From NCBI GenBank assembly GCA_964106915.2, contig OZ066916.1: a DNA stretch of 64,000 nucleotides; one strand, given 5' to 3'. The stretch is from Podarcis gaigeae (lineage: Eukaryota). Made by a program: the position numbers and the translations under genes. The notes below the pieces were generated by a model that made no database searches, was not told the origin of the DNA, and was given only the letters and a program-made list of their open reading frames with translations. Positions 1 through 13,599 of the stretch are shown piece after piece; the stretch's first letter is position 1, and every line of letters begins with the position of its first letter.

Positions 1-384
1 CAATAAAATGTGCACTGATCACAACTGACCCTGGCACCCACAGATTCAGTGGCAGAGTAGATGAGCCCAACAGGCGCATGAGCTAGTCAGGATTCTCCCT
101 CATGTGGAGAAGCTCTAAACATGTAAGCTGGTGCACATAGAGGGCTCCATCACACTCTTTACCAAATGGGTGGCTGCCATGAATGCTCAGGATTAGCAAT
201 ACAAAACCCACTGCAAGTCTTCAGTCTCCCAGCTGCCACTGCCTTAATGCAGACTACAAACAAATCAAATCTGCAAGTGATCTTCACAATTGAAGCTAAT
301 GAGTTCTTCCATTAAAACAAGCCTCACAGCTCAGAAAAAAAGTGAAATAGGATAATGAGGAACATACAGTAATTCCACACACAA

Positions 385-522
385 TTGCTCAAATCAGTAG
401 AACATGAGACTCTCAATCTCAGGGTTGTGGGTTAATGTCCCACATCGGTCAAAAGATTTCTGCATTGCAGGGGATTGGGCTTGATGGCCCTGTGGTCTCT
501 TCCAACTCTGCAGGTCTATGAA
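385..522 (+). mobile_element. tRNA-Lys(CTT)-derived SINE with CR1-like tail (lacertid Squam2/POM-type), degenerate
   Basis: GTAGAACATGAGACTCTCAATCTCAGGGTTGTGGG head followed by CTGCATTGCAGGGG...TTCCAACTCT tail. Confidence 0.75.
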
Positions 523-2165
523 TGCAGGTCTATCTATCACACACACCATTTTGGAAAAATAGCTTGTGGTTCTCAGGACTAATCTCTAGGGGGCACAATC
601 TTACTATTCCATGAAGTCTACAGCACTCTTTAAAAACAAGGCAAGAGAAGTAGTGTAGTTGGAAAGACCCTTGAATTTAAACTAAGATCATTTTTGAAGG
701 CTGCTGCAAAAGGCTGAAAACTCATACACTACATTGTTGCAGACATCTGGTCTGACGGGCTTGTTGACCCTCAGCAATGCAAAAAAGCGACATGAACACT
801 ACAACTGATGATCACAGCAATCTGGCGCATTAAACACTTTATCTGGCCAGCTGATCCCGACCCATTGTTTCAATAAACCTGAAAAGGGCTGACCATGTAC
901 CCAGCACAATATGTCATTCAGTGTTTACTGCAATCAACCTGACTAAGACAAATATTTCTTCCTGTGCACAGGCGGGCAAGTCAGACAAATGCATTCAGCA
1001 AGTGATGACGTGATAGTAAGTGGAGATTAACTAGGCAATGAAAACACTATCTGTTTACAACTACGCATCAGCTCCCTGGCCACAGAACACTTGTTTGTTC
1101 AAAGGAGAGAGATTAAAATCATGAAGTCTGGGGAGGGAAGGGATTACATACACCAATACAGAACTGCCAGCCTGAAAAAAAGAAGTGAAATTATTGAGCC
1201 TGAGTTCCAGTTACACGTATCTTTTGGTTGTCCATTCATGATAACAGTGACCTGTGAAGTATTCTCCCATGTACTAACAGTGCACTCGATCTGCAGAGTG
1301 TGAATCTTTATACAGCTAACATGGCACCATTCATGCACAAGAGAGAGGGAAATGGCAAGTTTTGCAGGATCCCAAAGCTTTGCAGAAGGCCAAAAGACAA
1401 ATCTGAATACAAAACATGAGGGGAAGAGGTGTGGGTAGGAAAGAAATCCAAACAAGAAATCCAAATAGTGAGGACTGTCCATACTCGGTGGGCATGGAAT
1501 ACTGACTGGCTGCTGGAGTGGGGGAATGGATTGGAGTCTCAGAAGGGGCATAGCTGGCTGGCCAGCTTCCTGAAATTTAACTCAACTAGCTAGGACTACA
1601 ACACTACCAAGGGAAAGAGCCAAAGGAGTCATTCCATTAGCAGAAGATGGCTTGGATCCAATGGAGGATTCAGAAAATGGAAGTGGGGAAAGGTAGTTCT
1701 CAAGTCTTGGAAATAACCCCACAAAATAAACTAAGCTGCAAACAAAACTAAACAAAGAGCTGGCTAGGATGTTTCTGCAGAGGAAGAGGCTTCCCTTTTC
1801 AATACCTATGATCAGTGAGAGAGCCCTCTTCCCCTTCTTTGCCAGAAAAGTGTTGCAGATTCATAGATTTGCAACATAAATCAGAAACTGAATAAGGCCC
1901 TTAATCCAAACCAGTGGGGTAAGGGGTGCATGTAGGGTTAGGGAGAGCGCTTGTCTATGGCCACCTACTGAGTTCATGCCTGAGGGTATTTTTCAACCAC
2001 AGACTTCGCAGGTGACACCCCTAGCTATTCAGTAAGGTAAGCTGCAGTAGAGATCTACCCCCAGATTTCACACGATGACAAGAGGCATAAAAGCAAGATG
2101 ACTCACAGTTGGCAACGTGAAGGCCCAAGTGTCCTCAGAACAGAACAAGGCTACATAGTCATTGA

Positions 2166-2167
<2 letters not shown>

Positions 2168-2213
<46 letters not shown>
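2168..2213. repeat. (ATT)n microsatellite
   Basis: Direct inspection. Confidence 0.95.
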
Positions 2214-4915
2214 CATGGGAGCCTGCCCAGACTACTGACTTTAAATTAACGCTTGTCAAAGGAGGCAACCCCATCCAAGTGCGGTAGGGAAGGGGGCGGA
2301 AATGCACAAAGGCTCTGCAGCAAGCAAGGTGGGCGTTTTCAAAGCTCTCTTGTACTTGCGAAGGCAGGCCCCGAGGCCTGCTGAAAGAAAGATGTAGTTC
2401 AACATTGGCAAGTATGCTGTGAGAAGCTGGCAGGAGGTCCAACTCAATAACGCAATGGATCAGATGACACAAGCATGGCCCAGAAAATCTTTATGAAGTT
2501 GGATACAAGCAGTGACATTCAATGCTAGTCCTACTCAGAAGAAGATAATGGCCAGAACTAACATAGGGTCACTAATTTCAAGGCAACTGCTCCAAGCAGG
2601 ACTTAGTTGAATGCAACTCAGTGATATATATTTTATCCTGGTGTTTATAAAATACACCTATATTCCTACCCATCCAGGCAAATACCTCATTCACAGGTTA
2701 AATCACTACTTTCTGAAGTCAATGAGCAACCCAAGTAGCAGAAGTCTATTCTTTCTAATACACCACCACTCCCAGTATTTTTTCCATGGCATGGAAAGGC
2801 ATTCAAACTGGCATCTTGCCCCTCCCAATGGGAAAGGCCTACTTTCCAGGGAAGCAGGAAGGCAGTGGAGATACTTTCCAGGCTCTTTCTTCACTGTTTG
2901 CTTCATTAGCTGTATTTGACCAGATTTAGATCAGTGGTGAGCCACATGCAGTCCCCAGCCTAATTTTATTTGAGTACCAAGAAGGGAGAAAGGGGCTGGC
3001 GGAGGGAGAGATAAAAGGGGGTGTTCCAGCCCCACCCACTGCCAGTGTGCAAAAGGATACCGTTATAAAAAGGCTCCCCATTTTTGCCTTAGAGATGAAT
3101 GAAGTGTGAGAGCAGACCTCACAGATGTATCTCATTTTTCTCTCTACACTACTCCAGAAGAATCTTGCTTTTTATGCAGGACATCCCTTCCTGCCTCACT
3201 TTATCTACTTCATAATTATTACTCCTCTGGGATGCAAAATGCAATGTCTGCCCCTTTCCCAGATCCCTAAAGTCAGCACCAAATTCTCACTGAGCTGTTG
3301 TGGGGACAAGCTGACTACGGCAGAAAACATACTAAGCGTACATCTGTTTCCACTACTAAATAAAACCACAGCTTATGAAAGTGTGCATTCATAAGAATAC
3401 ACAACAAGAGATGCCCCAATTCCAGAAAGAAATCATTATTCACAATGCAACATTTGGAAACGTTCTTTGAACTTTTGTGAGAAGGTAACGGACAGAACCC
3501 CAGGTTTAATCAGTCTTGTTCTAGATGCCTTCCATGCTTTAATAATCTGCCAATTTAGCTCCACTGGGCAGGTTTTTAAACAGAATGCGAAACCCAGAAG
3601 TAATGCTTAGCACAAGCCTTTGCAAGCAATTGCCAGTAAGCTTGTAAGTTAGAATTTGGAAAATGCTTTGCTTATCTCATTTTTCGCCCTGCCCTATTAG
3701 GTTTACAGATTCCTGTAAGTACAGCTTTACCAATGTATACAGGCAAAACCAGAACAATGGAATAAATGTATGTACATCAAAAATATTGGCTCAGCATTGT
3801 TTACAGGGATCTACAGGAAGCTAAAGCAAATGAGGAAAGCATAAAAGCCCTGAGAAGGAAAACTTTGGCATTAAGGATTTCTCTCTGAACAGAGAGAATG
3901 AGAGGGTAAGCAAACATTTATCCTTCTTTGTAAACCTTATGACAAAAGAAGCCCCAAGCCATCCACAAACACACAATGGGAATTTTCAATAGCATTAGCC
4001 TTCACCTGCTCAGAGACTTATGCAGATGACTTAGTGCTATGCCCTTCCTCTCCTCCATACGAAGAGTTCTTCCCAAGCATGAAGCAAGGGGCGACCCAGG
4101 AGGAATGGGGCATCCCCAATACATCATGTGGCTACGTAGAAGTGCTTGTCAGTTCTGTCTAGGCCAAAGACGTCTTTGCTATCACCACCTGAAAGAGGCC
4201 ACTGAATCTTGCTATTATGAGAAGCATCCCTGTGTCAGCTTTTTCTTATTTGCTGCAGGAGAGAAGGCTGGAATGTGAAAGAGCAAGTGATATGAACAGA
4301 GCAAAAAGGTCACATTTACTCCATGTATGCAGCAAACAAAACTGAGTCAATATGCATAATACTCTAAGCTGGGGTAGCCCAGTAGCTAAGAAACTGAGCT
4401 TAAGAAGTCCCTGGTTCAAATTTTGGAACAATTAGGCCAGCCACTATCTCTCAGCCTCCCTTCCATAGTACAAGGGATAACGATGCCAGATTACCTTACA
4501 GCAGCCTTCCACAACCTGCAGTCGCTAATGGGATCTGCAGTCAAATAACACTGGAGTGATTTTGCAGTGTTCAGGTGCACCAGCCAGTTGCCTAGACAGT
4601 TAAGGCTACAGCATGTTATGTGCTGCATGTATTGTAAGCATCTATCTTCACAGATTTAAATGATTATGCTCCAGCAGACTGGAAGGCAGTCCTAACCTCC
4701 AGGCACACTTCTTTTTTTGTAAGCTGATACGCTATATAGATAAACAACAACAACAACACAGAAGCCCCTATTAGGACTCTCAACATGGCAGCTCCACAGC
4801 CAAATCCTTGAACTTGCTAAAATTTTCTTCCTTAGTTACAAAAGAAGCATTTGAACCCAAACGGCACATGGTTTATAGCAGATAATGGGAAGTAAAACTA
4901 GCAATTCAGACATAC

Positions 4916-5008
4916 CTTTCCTGCATCAACGAGATCAGCTATTTCGTCCAGATAAGGGCCGCTTGGTGCAAAAAATGCCCACCGGTAATGAACCCCTTTA
5001 CAAAGATG
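4916..5008 (-). CDS. RTN4IP1: RTN4IP1 coding exon 8 ([31 protein letters not shown])
   Basis: TACAG acceptor, AAG|GTATG donor, 93 nt. Confidence 0.96.
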
Positions 5009-6670
5009 CTGTAACAGACAGACAGCACAAGTTTAGATCATGACTGACATTAAAGAGCAGGTGAAAAAACAGCACACTGGAAAGGAATTGCTCACATACA
5101 GCAAATGGGTAGGAAGCTAAAGCATTTGATTTTGTTAACAGACCTTGAAAGTTTTTGAACCGAACGTCATTCCAGTCCGTAACATGCCATCCGCTACACC
5201 AAGCCTGTCCATGTTGACCAAGAAGGGTGTTATCAAGGAGACATAGGTGGCTCCTGACCATTTTTTGAGGAAATCAGGAGCCCATTTTTCAGTAGATCCA
5301 CCAACATTATCTAAGATAAAATCAAAGCTAGGGAGATAAAACAGGAAGAAAATGAATTGGAACAATTTCCTTTCTCTCCCAAAGAACACACCATGTCCCG
5401 GCCATGATGGTATCAATCAATTACATAACATAAGCTATCTAAGCATGTTTACTCAGAAAGAAGTTCAAAAGCTTTCATGTGCAAATGCTTTACATTACAT
5501 ACACATGTCTTTATATGTAAGTCATTAATAGTCTGGGCAGGGCAATTCGAGCCCCCAGTGTTAGGATGTGGTGGGTTCCCTGTATGTCTCCACCTGCAGG
5601 TCTCCCACCATAAGATCCTGCTGTGCTCACAGTGGGGATTTCAGACAGGCTCCTGCTGGGGATCTTCCTGCTGGTAGAAAACCCCCAAACAGGGTGGAAT
5701 AGGAGAGGGCAGAGCTATGTGTTTGCGGGAGGGGAATTATTGGTTTGTTTTGGTTCTTTTTTTCATTAAGTACTTTGTGTTCTTATGTTGTATTTTTATG
5801 TAGTGAACCGCCCTGTGATCTTTGGATGAAGGGCAATATACAAATTTAATTGATAATGATAATAATAATAATAATAATGATGATGATGATGATGATGTTG
5901 GCCATGGATCCACTGGATCCTAAGTGAGTCCAGCAGGCAGAGAGGGGCCAGATCCTGACCTGGCAAAGCAAATACCACCTTCTGTCCTGGCTGCTGTGAG
6001 CAGCAAGGCTTCAGATACAGTGATGGCTCCACCTCTGGATTCGACCCACTTGATCCCTGTACGGATTGCTCACTAAGTTACCAGCACAGAAGACTCAGGT
6101 GCAGGCGACCTGCTCAAACCCACCCGAAAATTTAGCAGCCAACTTGGGGTTGTGCACATTCACCATGCACACCCATGATTTAGCCCATACATACAGCGGT
6201 AACGTTTTCAGCTGTTCTTCCACACTTCCAGATTTGTAGTCGATCACATCATCTGCTCCGAGACGTTTCACGAGTTCACTGGCATCTTGGGAACAAACTG
6301 CTGTCACATGAGCACCCCAGGCTTTCATTAGCTGAACGAGAAGACACAGTACAAAAAGAACACAGCAGCTGACTAGACTTGCTTTCAGCAGATTGCACAC
6401 AACTACCGCCCTTCTCTAACTCAAATTTGTATTTCTTCTCAACAGCGCCCGACTTACGGCACCTTAAGCAAGGACAAAATTCCCCCACCCCTTATATTTA
6501 TTTTCACAGTAATTCATTTTGGTACAGCTGGGTTTGTATGGATCTTCTCAGTAGGTACCTGTATAAATTATAAGATGATTAGTATTATTAGTGTTATTAA
6601 TAATCATAGAATCATAGAATTGTAAAGTTGGAAGGAGATCCCAAGGGTCATCTAGTCCAACCCCCTATGA

Positions 6671-6726
<56 letters not shown>

Positions 6727-9700
6727 ATTATCATCACCACCATCATCATTTGAATCGCCTCCCCCCACTCAGCACCCCATGGAGGAGAACTGCCTACACA
6801 CCCCTAAATCTGGCGCTGCTTATCAATGGCAAGCTGTTCTGTGCATGAAAGGAGGAACTTTCTGACAGTAAGATCTATTTGAGAGTGGAGCAGATTCCCT
6901 CACGAGGTGTTAAACTCTCCTTCATTGGAGGTTTTTAAGCACAGGTTGAATGGCTATCTGATTTGGATACTTTAGATGAGATTCCAGCACTGCAGGGGGT
7001 GGGACTAGGTGACCCTTGGGATCACTTCCAACTCTACAGTTCTAGGAAAAAGACACCCAACCAGCCACTGCTGGGACTATCTTGCGTCCTCTGCCTGCCC
7101 CCCGCCCCTGAATCCGGTTACAGTGGTACCTCGGATTACAAACACCTCAGGCTGCAAACACTTCGGGTTACAGACTCCGCTAACCTGGAAGTAGTACCTT
7201 GGGTTAAGAACTTTACCTCAGGATGAGAACAGAAATTGCACGGCGGCAGCGGGAGGCCCCATTAGCTAAAGTGGTACCTCAGGTTAAGAACAGTTTCAGG
7301 TTAAGAGCAGACCTCCGGAACGAATTAAGGTCTTCACCAGAGGTACCACTGTACTTCCATCTGGTAGTAAGATGGCCAAACTTGAGAATCAGAAGCTGTC
7401 AGATTCTGTTCTGAGGGAGCTGGGTCCATAACCGCCTGATGCCTTTCAAGTGAGAAGGCTCACCTGGTTTCACCTGTGGCGTTTTTACATTAAGAACAAA
7501 GAAAGAGCTTTCTTGGATTACACCACCAAATCCATCTAAGTTTAAATGTTTCCGACAAAAGGCAACAAAGCAGGTTGTAACAGTAACTGCCCACCCCAGT
7601 TTGTTCTTAAGAAAAAGGGCTGGTATCCAACAAATGCGTCCCACTTGCACAATGGAACTCCCTGAGTACTCACCAAATTTCCTCTGGAGGGTTACTGTCC
7701 CCCAGACCCTCATTTTTCCTACCCAAATAAAAAGCTCAGTTTGACTTTCAGAATTTAGTTTCGTTACAATATACAGACAGATGGTACTCATATTTTATAC
7801 CTAGATACTTTTAAATCACATTTTTTAAAATGTCAGCTCTGGAAGGAGATTCTATTTGATATTTTAATTGCATGTAATTCAATATTGCATAAAAGACTGC
7901 TTTTCTGTGATTTCCAAAGAGTGGAATGGGGCCCCTCTAAGACAACACAGAGTAGATCAGCAAAGGGCAAAATCTACCACAGGACTTTCAAGGGATCTTT
8001 AGGAACTAGAAAGGACCAATATATACAACAGATTTCAAGCTGAATTCAAAACCCTGGTGGTTTGGGAACAGGGCTGCCTGTCCCCATATGTGCCTGTGAT
8101 ACAGTAAAATTCTCATCAGAGGGCCTTATCTGGCTTCCTCAACCATCCGAGAGATAGCAGGTAGCCTTTTTAGTGGAAGCACTCTAACGGAACCCAAGTG
8201 TCATCATTGCATTTCCACTTTCTAGGGCCTTTATCTAGGTCTGATCTGTTTTATCTTGGGTGTGCACCAGTCACAAAATTAAGTTCAGATCCTAATTTGG
8301 TGCTTCATGAAGCCGTCAGCCTTGCCAAGTCCAGCTGAGACAGAGCAAGGGTTTTGTTTCCCCTTTCATTCACTCTTGAGAAATTAAACAAGACGATATT
8401 TTTTTCCCATTTTGAGAGAACTGAATGGGTCTTTTAGGCATAGTATCCAACAAGAGTACGTTGAGCCTGCAAATAGGTCCTGGGAGATTTCTTCTCTCGG
8501 TACCTTTAACATTTGATTCTTCTTTCTTTCTTAATAATGAAAAATCTGTAACTTTTTTACACATGCAAGTGATGGACCAGGAGCAAAAATGGGTGCAGCA
8601 ACAAATGCTAATTTACTCACAAATCCATCTCTACCCTTCATCTATGCAAGCAAGAAGCATTGTCACAGTTCAAAAGCACATTCTAGATAGGAAAAAGCAC
8701 TTAACTAATCAGTACTGTTATCTCACCATTCCAAGATTATGAGGGGTGGGGGATGATGTTCTTAGTCACTCATTGCAGAGAATTTTAATCTAAGCTTTCC
8801 CAAAATATCAGCCAAGGTAGTTAGTTGTAACATATTTACCTGTATAGCAAAGGTACCTACTCCACCTGCTGCACCAAAGATCAATACTCTGTGAAGCGAA
8901 AAGAATTCCAGGTAATGAGGCATTTCTATACCCCAGCAATTCAAAGGTGTTAAATTGATTGTCTTTGTTGTGAAAATTTATTTCTAAATAGTTCTGCCTA
9001 TATAGGGCAAAGCCAAAGGAAAAATAAAGGTAAACTGGAGGGCGATAGATAATAAATAGCTCCTAAGCTAGTTTTTAAAAATCATACTAAAGCCGAAGGA
9101 GAAACTTTTCATTTAACTATGACATTTTCTTGTGTATGACATAATGGCATTTTCCCCTTCCCTCTTGGTCCCTAGGCTCTTTAGAACCCTTTAACTTCTG
9201 AGACCACCTGAAGACACCTTACTTTCAGGTGTGTTCTCTTATCGTAAGATCTACACCAGTTCTGCTGTCACTCTCCTCTAGACTCACTAGTGATGTTACT
9301 AACCCCAGACCTTCCCCAAAGTGCCTACTGGCTCCTTGCCTCTTCCCACTCTGGGCAAAACCCCAGCCCAAGAGCTCCTTCACCCAAACCACAACGTGTT
9401 AAGTCCAACACACTTCAACATGCACGATAATCAAGGAACCGCTCGCAGTAGTTTATATAATGTGGAAACCTATCTCACTTATTAAGTGACTGTGGCCCTC
9501 ACACTGTTGTTGGACAACACATAAGCCCTGCCCATTAGTCCTGAGGGTTGGGGCTGTTGGAGCTGGGAATCCAACAGCATTTGAAGAGCCACTGGCTTCC
9601 CACCTTTGCTCTACATGAAACTCCTGCTTACAGAACAAATGGTAACTTACCTCTTATTGCTGCAATTATCCTGATTTAGCCCCCCAGCGAGGTGAATGGC

Positions 9701-12700
9701 AGACCATGCTGTTAGACCAGCATAAGGTAAGGAAGCTGCTTGAGTGTGGCTGAGACATCTGGGCTTTCTAGAGATCTGCAGAAAGGGAGGAAAACAGACA
9801 TGTATTCAAGAACCGGAAAGATTTTGCTATTTAGCATTGTAAAAAAGAAAGGATTGCCAAGGTTCTGCAGCCCAGATGATGATGATTCAATACAAATTTC
9901 AGATGCTGAGGGACAGCTTCGGGTTGCTGCAAACACATCATTTGCCCCTACATAAACATATAAAAATGTAAGAAAAGGAAATACTTGTATAATTTAAAGA
10001 ACAAACAAAACAGAACTGTATACATGTGTCTATTTTGCCACATGCACATGGCTGGTAGCTGAAATGCTGGGAAAAACAGGCAATCACACATTTTTCACAC
10101 AGTACCATGCATCCTTCCCCCCTGCAGATGTGTACACATGTGAGAAACATGCCATATCTGAAGTGTTGCTTCTGCATATGGATAATCAAAATTCATAAAG
10201 ACTGGAATACTATTTGACAGGGTAGCTCCAGCCTTTTGAATAAGAGGTCACCTGGTTGACTGTAGCAAGTAAGCATTACCCACACACATGGGTCCTTTCT
10301 TTCTTCACACTGCAGCAACACACTGCACTATATATTCAGAAATCGGACCCTGAAAACTCATTGCTGCCATACAGCAGCTGCAAGTTCAAGCTCACTGTCC
10401 TCCCACCCACTGGCAAAGGGTTGAGATTATGGTTCAGTGCTTTGTTTTGCAAGCAGGGAAAATAAAACATTGTGCAATTGTAGCCATCACTCATCTGCCT
10501 TCCTCCCTGTCACCTTACCTCCCGTTCAATGTTAAATTTAGGGAAGAGACAGATCTGCTACAGCATAGTTCAGATCAAAGTGGAGATTTCTGACTCTTCC
10601 TTTAACAGGAAAAAAATATTCTAAGACAAAATGCAAAAACAACCCCATCCATTTTAGAAGCTGCACAGAAACATTTCATCTCAAATTAAATACTTTGCTT
10701 CGTTACCTCATTTCCACTTGCCAGAACAAACTCTGACAAAGTGCCTTGTTTCCAGGGAGGAACTGCTGCCCATACCTGGGGAAAAAAGAAGTCCAAAACT
10801 CAAGCATAGTCCAAAGCTTTTCATGGTTTAGCAGAATTTCTAATCCTTAAAAATATTATGTATCAAATTAAGAACATAATAAGAGCCTGCTGGATCCGGA
10901 AAATTGCCCATCTAGTCCAGCTTCCTGTTCTCACAGTGGCCAACCAGGTGCCTATGGGAAGCCTGAAAGAAGGCCAGAGTACAATCACAGCTGTAATCCC
11001 AAGCAACATGTATTCAGAGGCACGCTACTTTGCAGGACATGTTGGGAGAATAAAAGGCTAAGGACTAAACCATACACAAATCCGGAGTGAAGTCCCTAAA
11101 ATGGTTGGATGGCCTCTTTCCAGCAACTCCTGCAGCCAAGCTGGTGCCAAACATATTGCTCCAAACACACTGCCCAGGCTTCCACCCCAGAGAGGTCACT
11201 TTGGTGCTGCTAACACAGGAGGCAGCAGCTACAAGTTCCTGGTCTCTGCAGCCACCACCGCAGCTGCTGTGATTCTCCAGAGGTTTGACTTTACCCCCAG
11301 AGGCGCACTCCATCATCTACTGAGACAAATGGATGCCAGCAAAACAGTGGAATTGCAACATAACTTCCAACATGGTATTACTCAAGTTGGCACCTCTGTA
11401 TGCAGCTTATGTACAGGATTATCCAACTTTTGCCTTACTGGAACTCCCAACACCTTAGAACTGCAGAAGAGGCAAAACAAGGAGTCCAAGAAAGAGGCAC
11501 CATTTGTAACTTCTGGTTTGGCAGTGCACAACTGAAGCAGAACATGCACACTGAGGTAATGTTTCTACTGAGAGTGAGGATTTATAAATCCACTTAGAGT
11601 AACTCCCATTCCTTCCTTGCTCATCCTTACCTCATCTCCAGGTTTGAAATATTTCACGTCTAGTCCACACTCCATCACAACTCCAGAAACATCCCGACCA
11701 AGTGTGAGAGGGAATTCACTGCCTGTGTTTGTGATGTGCAACGGATCCCGCTTCATCCTTATAGCAGCAGCTCCATAACCGCCTGCCAAGCAAACAGAGA
11801 ACAGTTGTCGCTGGTTTACACCGTTCAATTTCCTATGCTCAAAGAAGCCCTGCTCTGCATTAAACAGCAGTGTTGGACCTAAGTCCTATCCTAGGACTTA
11901 GGAGACAAGAGTTCAAATTCCCACTCAATCAGGAAGCTCAATGGATGACATTGGGCCGGTTGCTATCTCTCGGCCTAACCTACCTCACAGGATTGTTGTG
12001 AGGAAAAGGTGGAGGGGGGAGAACAGTGTGCACCACCTTAAGCTCCTTGGAGGAAAAGTAGGGTTTGAACACCCCATTTTGCAGCCTTCCTGCTGGCTAC
12101 TCACTAATGGCCCTCCTGCCTTCCTGCTGGGAAGCCAGTTCAGCCAGGTGAGCTTGATACAGCAGGGACTCCTTAACCTAATCCAACCCTCTCCCTCCAG
12201 CCCAGCATTCAGGGGAGAGAAGCACTGGATTGCTATGTCGGTCTTCATTTTTGTTGCAGCAGAGTAACAAATTGAAACATGATTGAATGCAGAGCATCTT
12301 ATCCAATGGTAGTCAAACTCACAGAAGACCCATTGACATTAATGAGCAGGACTAATCTATGCCCTGTAATTTCAATGGGTCTGCTCTGAGTAAAGCTCAG
12401 GTGGATACAGCCCAGAGTAAGACACATCTAAGCCCACTGATTTCAGTGAATTTAGGCACCATTAATTCTGCATATGGTAGAAACATTTGTAGGCCTAAAT
12501 CATGCCTCAATATATGCGTTAAGCTTTATGGTGCTATTTTAATTAGATTTATTTGGGTGGATTTTGTTTTGTTTTTTGGCCTGTTTTTTCTATAAGACAG
12601 TCATACCCAACCAGAATAGGGCCAATGAAATCAAACTGAATAAGGCTAAAAAGGCTATTAGGAGCACTGAATATGAAATGCAGTATTTCACACAACTAAT

Positions 12701-13206
12701 GCAGACCATATAATATTTAACATCACACTCAACAAACACCAAGGTATGAAAATATAAGTAATTATAAATAATATCCATACAGCTCATTTTATGAGTTCAA
12801 ATCGGTTTACAGTTTAATCCAAATTATTAATCCTTACTACCAATCTGCGGAATAGGTAAATATTAATGGTATTAACTGTGAGATGCAATGTATATAGGCA
12901 CTTACTTCGCATGTTAACATCTATGGGATTTAAGCTTGCAGCATGGACTTTAATAATCACTTCATTAGGAAAGTTGATTAAAGGGAACATCATGTTATTT
13001 GTGAATCGCAGCACATCATTCTTTCCGTAACGGTCAATCACCCAGGATGGCATCGTCGTACATCTTTGGTAGGAGACGTGTAAGTTTCTACACGGAAGCT
13101 GCTGGATTAAACTTTTTCCCATCCCAAGGCAGGTAACACCCAAGCCAGGGCAGTGCAATAAGCTACTGAACACTTTCCTACTAAACGTGTGTCCTTTTAG
13201 CAACAT
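4916..13206 (-). CDS. RTN4IP1: Reticulon-4-interacting protein 1, mitochondrial NAD(P)H quinone oxidoreductase (MDR family); multi-exon gene, 3'-partial (8 coding exons, 370 codons in window; final exon outside window)
   Basis: Exons 12906-13206, 11631-11782, 10707-10775, 9651-9775, 8840-8888, 6195-6331, 5144-5327, 4916-5008 all have GT-AG boundaries and join in frame; motifs [26 protein letters not shown] (nucleotide binding), YRWAFF; head-to-head synteny with QRSL1. Confidence 0.97.
5144..5327 (-). CDS. RTN4IP1: RTN4IP1 coding exon 7 ([10 protein letters not shown]...SKTFK)
   Basis: CCTAG acceptor, AAG|GTCTG donor, 184 nt. Confidence 0.95.
5850..5897. repeat. (TAA)n/(TGA)n microsatellite at the end of an L2-like 3' tail (similar tails at about 22595-22660 and 56455-56520)
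   Basis: GTGAACCGCCC...GATGAAGGGC...AAATTTAAT motif precedes the repeat. Confidence 0.75.
6195..6331 (-). CDS. RTN4IP1: RTN4IP1 coding exon 6 ([14 protein letters not shown]...LKTLPL)
   Basis: TTCAG acceptor, GTATGT donor, 137 nt. Confidence 0.96.
6603..7045. mobile_element. Two oppositely oriented CR1-type 3' ends (6603-6667 minus; about 6845-7045 plus) flanking a (TTA)n tract
   Basis: ATCATAGAATCATAGAA tail and CCTTCCAAC-type stem sequences; degenerate C-terminal coding remnant in the plus copy. Confidence 0.75.
7121..7351. mobile_element. Tc1/mariner (Tigger-like) MITE
   Basis: TIR CAGTGGTACCTC/GAGGTACCACTG, TA on both sides. Confidence 0.92.
8840..8888 (-). CDS. RTN4IP1: RTN4IP1 coding exon 5 ([16 protein letters not shown])
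   Basis: CACAG acceptor, CAG|GTAAA donor, 49 nt; Rossmann glycine motif. Confidence 0.96.
9651..9775 (-). CDS. RTN4IP1: RTN4IP1 coding exon 4 ([27 protein letters not shown]...NKR)
   Basis: TGCAG acceptor, AG|GTAAG donor, 125 nt. Confidence 0.96.
10707..10775 (-). CDS. RTN4IP1: RTN4IP1 coding exon 3 ([23 protein letters not shown])
   Basis: Polypyrimidine-CAG acceptor, GAG|GTAAC donor, 69 nt; not in ORF track. Confidence 0.96.
11631..11782 (-). CDS. RTN4IP1: RTN4IP1 coding exon 2 (SGYGAAAI...FKPGDE)
   Basis: CAG acceptor, GAG|GTAAG donor, 152 nt. Confidence 0.96.
11865..12065 (+). mobile_element. CORE/MIR-like squamate SINE (Squam3-like); weaker copies near 4370-4500 and 29520-29700
   Basis: B box GTTCAAATTCC and CTCGGCCTAACCTACCTCACAGGATTGTTGTGAGG core. 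Confidence 0.7.
12906..13206 (-). CDS. RTN4IP1: RTN4IP1 coding exon 1 (MLLKG...NPIDVNMR, includes mitochondrial presequence)
   Basis: ATG at 13206; donor A|GTAAG; 301 nt, phase 1. Confidence 0.93.
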
Positions 13207-13599
13207 GACTGCAAAAGCAAAAGGAATATATATGGCTTGAATGCTGTGCTCTTTAATGGATATGCCTCAAACACGCACTTTCTTACAAAGCAGGCCAGTC
13301 AATTCTGATCTGAAATGCACATTTCTAAACTTTGTATTTTCTTTTTCTTTTTTAAAAAGACAATTCTGACGTTTCTCTTTTCTTCCCAAAAAGAAAAGAC
13401 AGGGAGAGACAGAGAGAATGGAAAAACCCAACTTTTCCTGTTACACCTCCATTCCTCACTGGGTTTCGCAAGAATCTGAGGTATACAGGAAGTAAAACAC
13501 AGCAGGGTTTTTCGTTTGGAAATGTCAATTATGCGCCAGCCCCTAGTGAGACTATCAAGTCCTGAGGCTGGCGACCCCTTCCCCCTAGATATAAGCAGT

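Noticed and set aside
1-4900. Final RTN4IP1 exon (expected GHARGK-like motif)
   Set aside because: Not found by eye; the acceptor-like site near 880 gives an immediate stop in the required phase. The exon is probably outside the window
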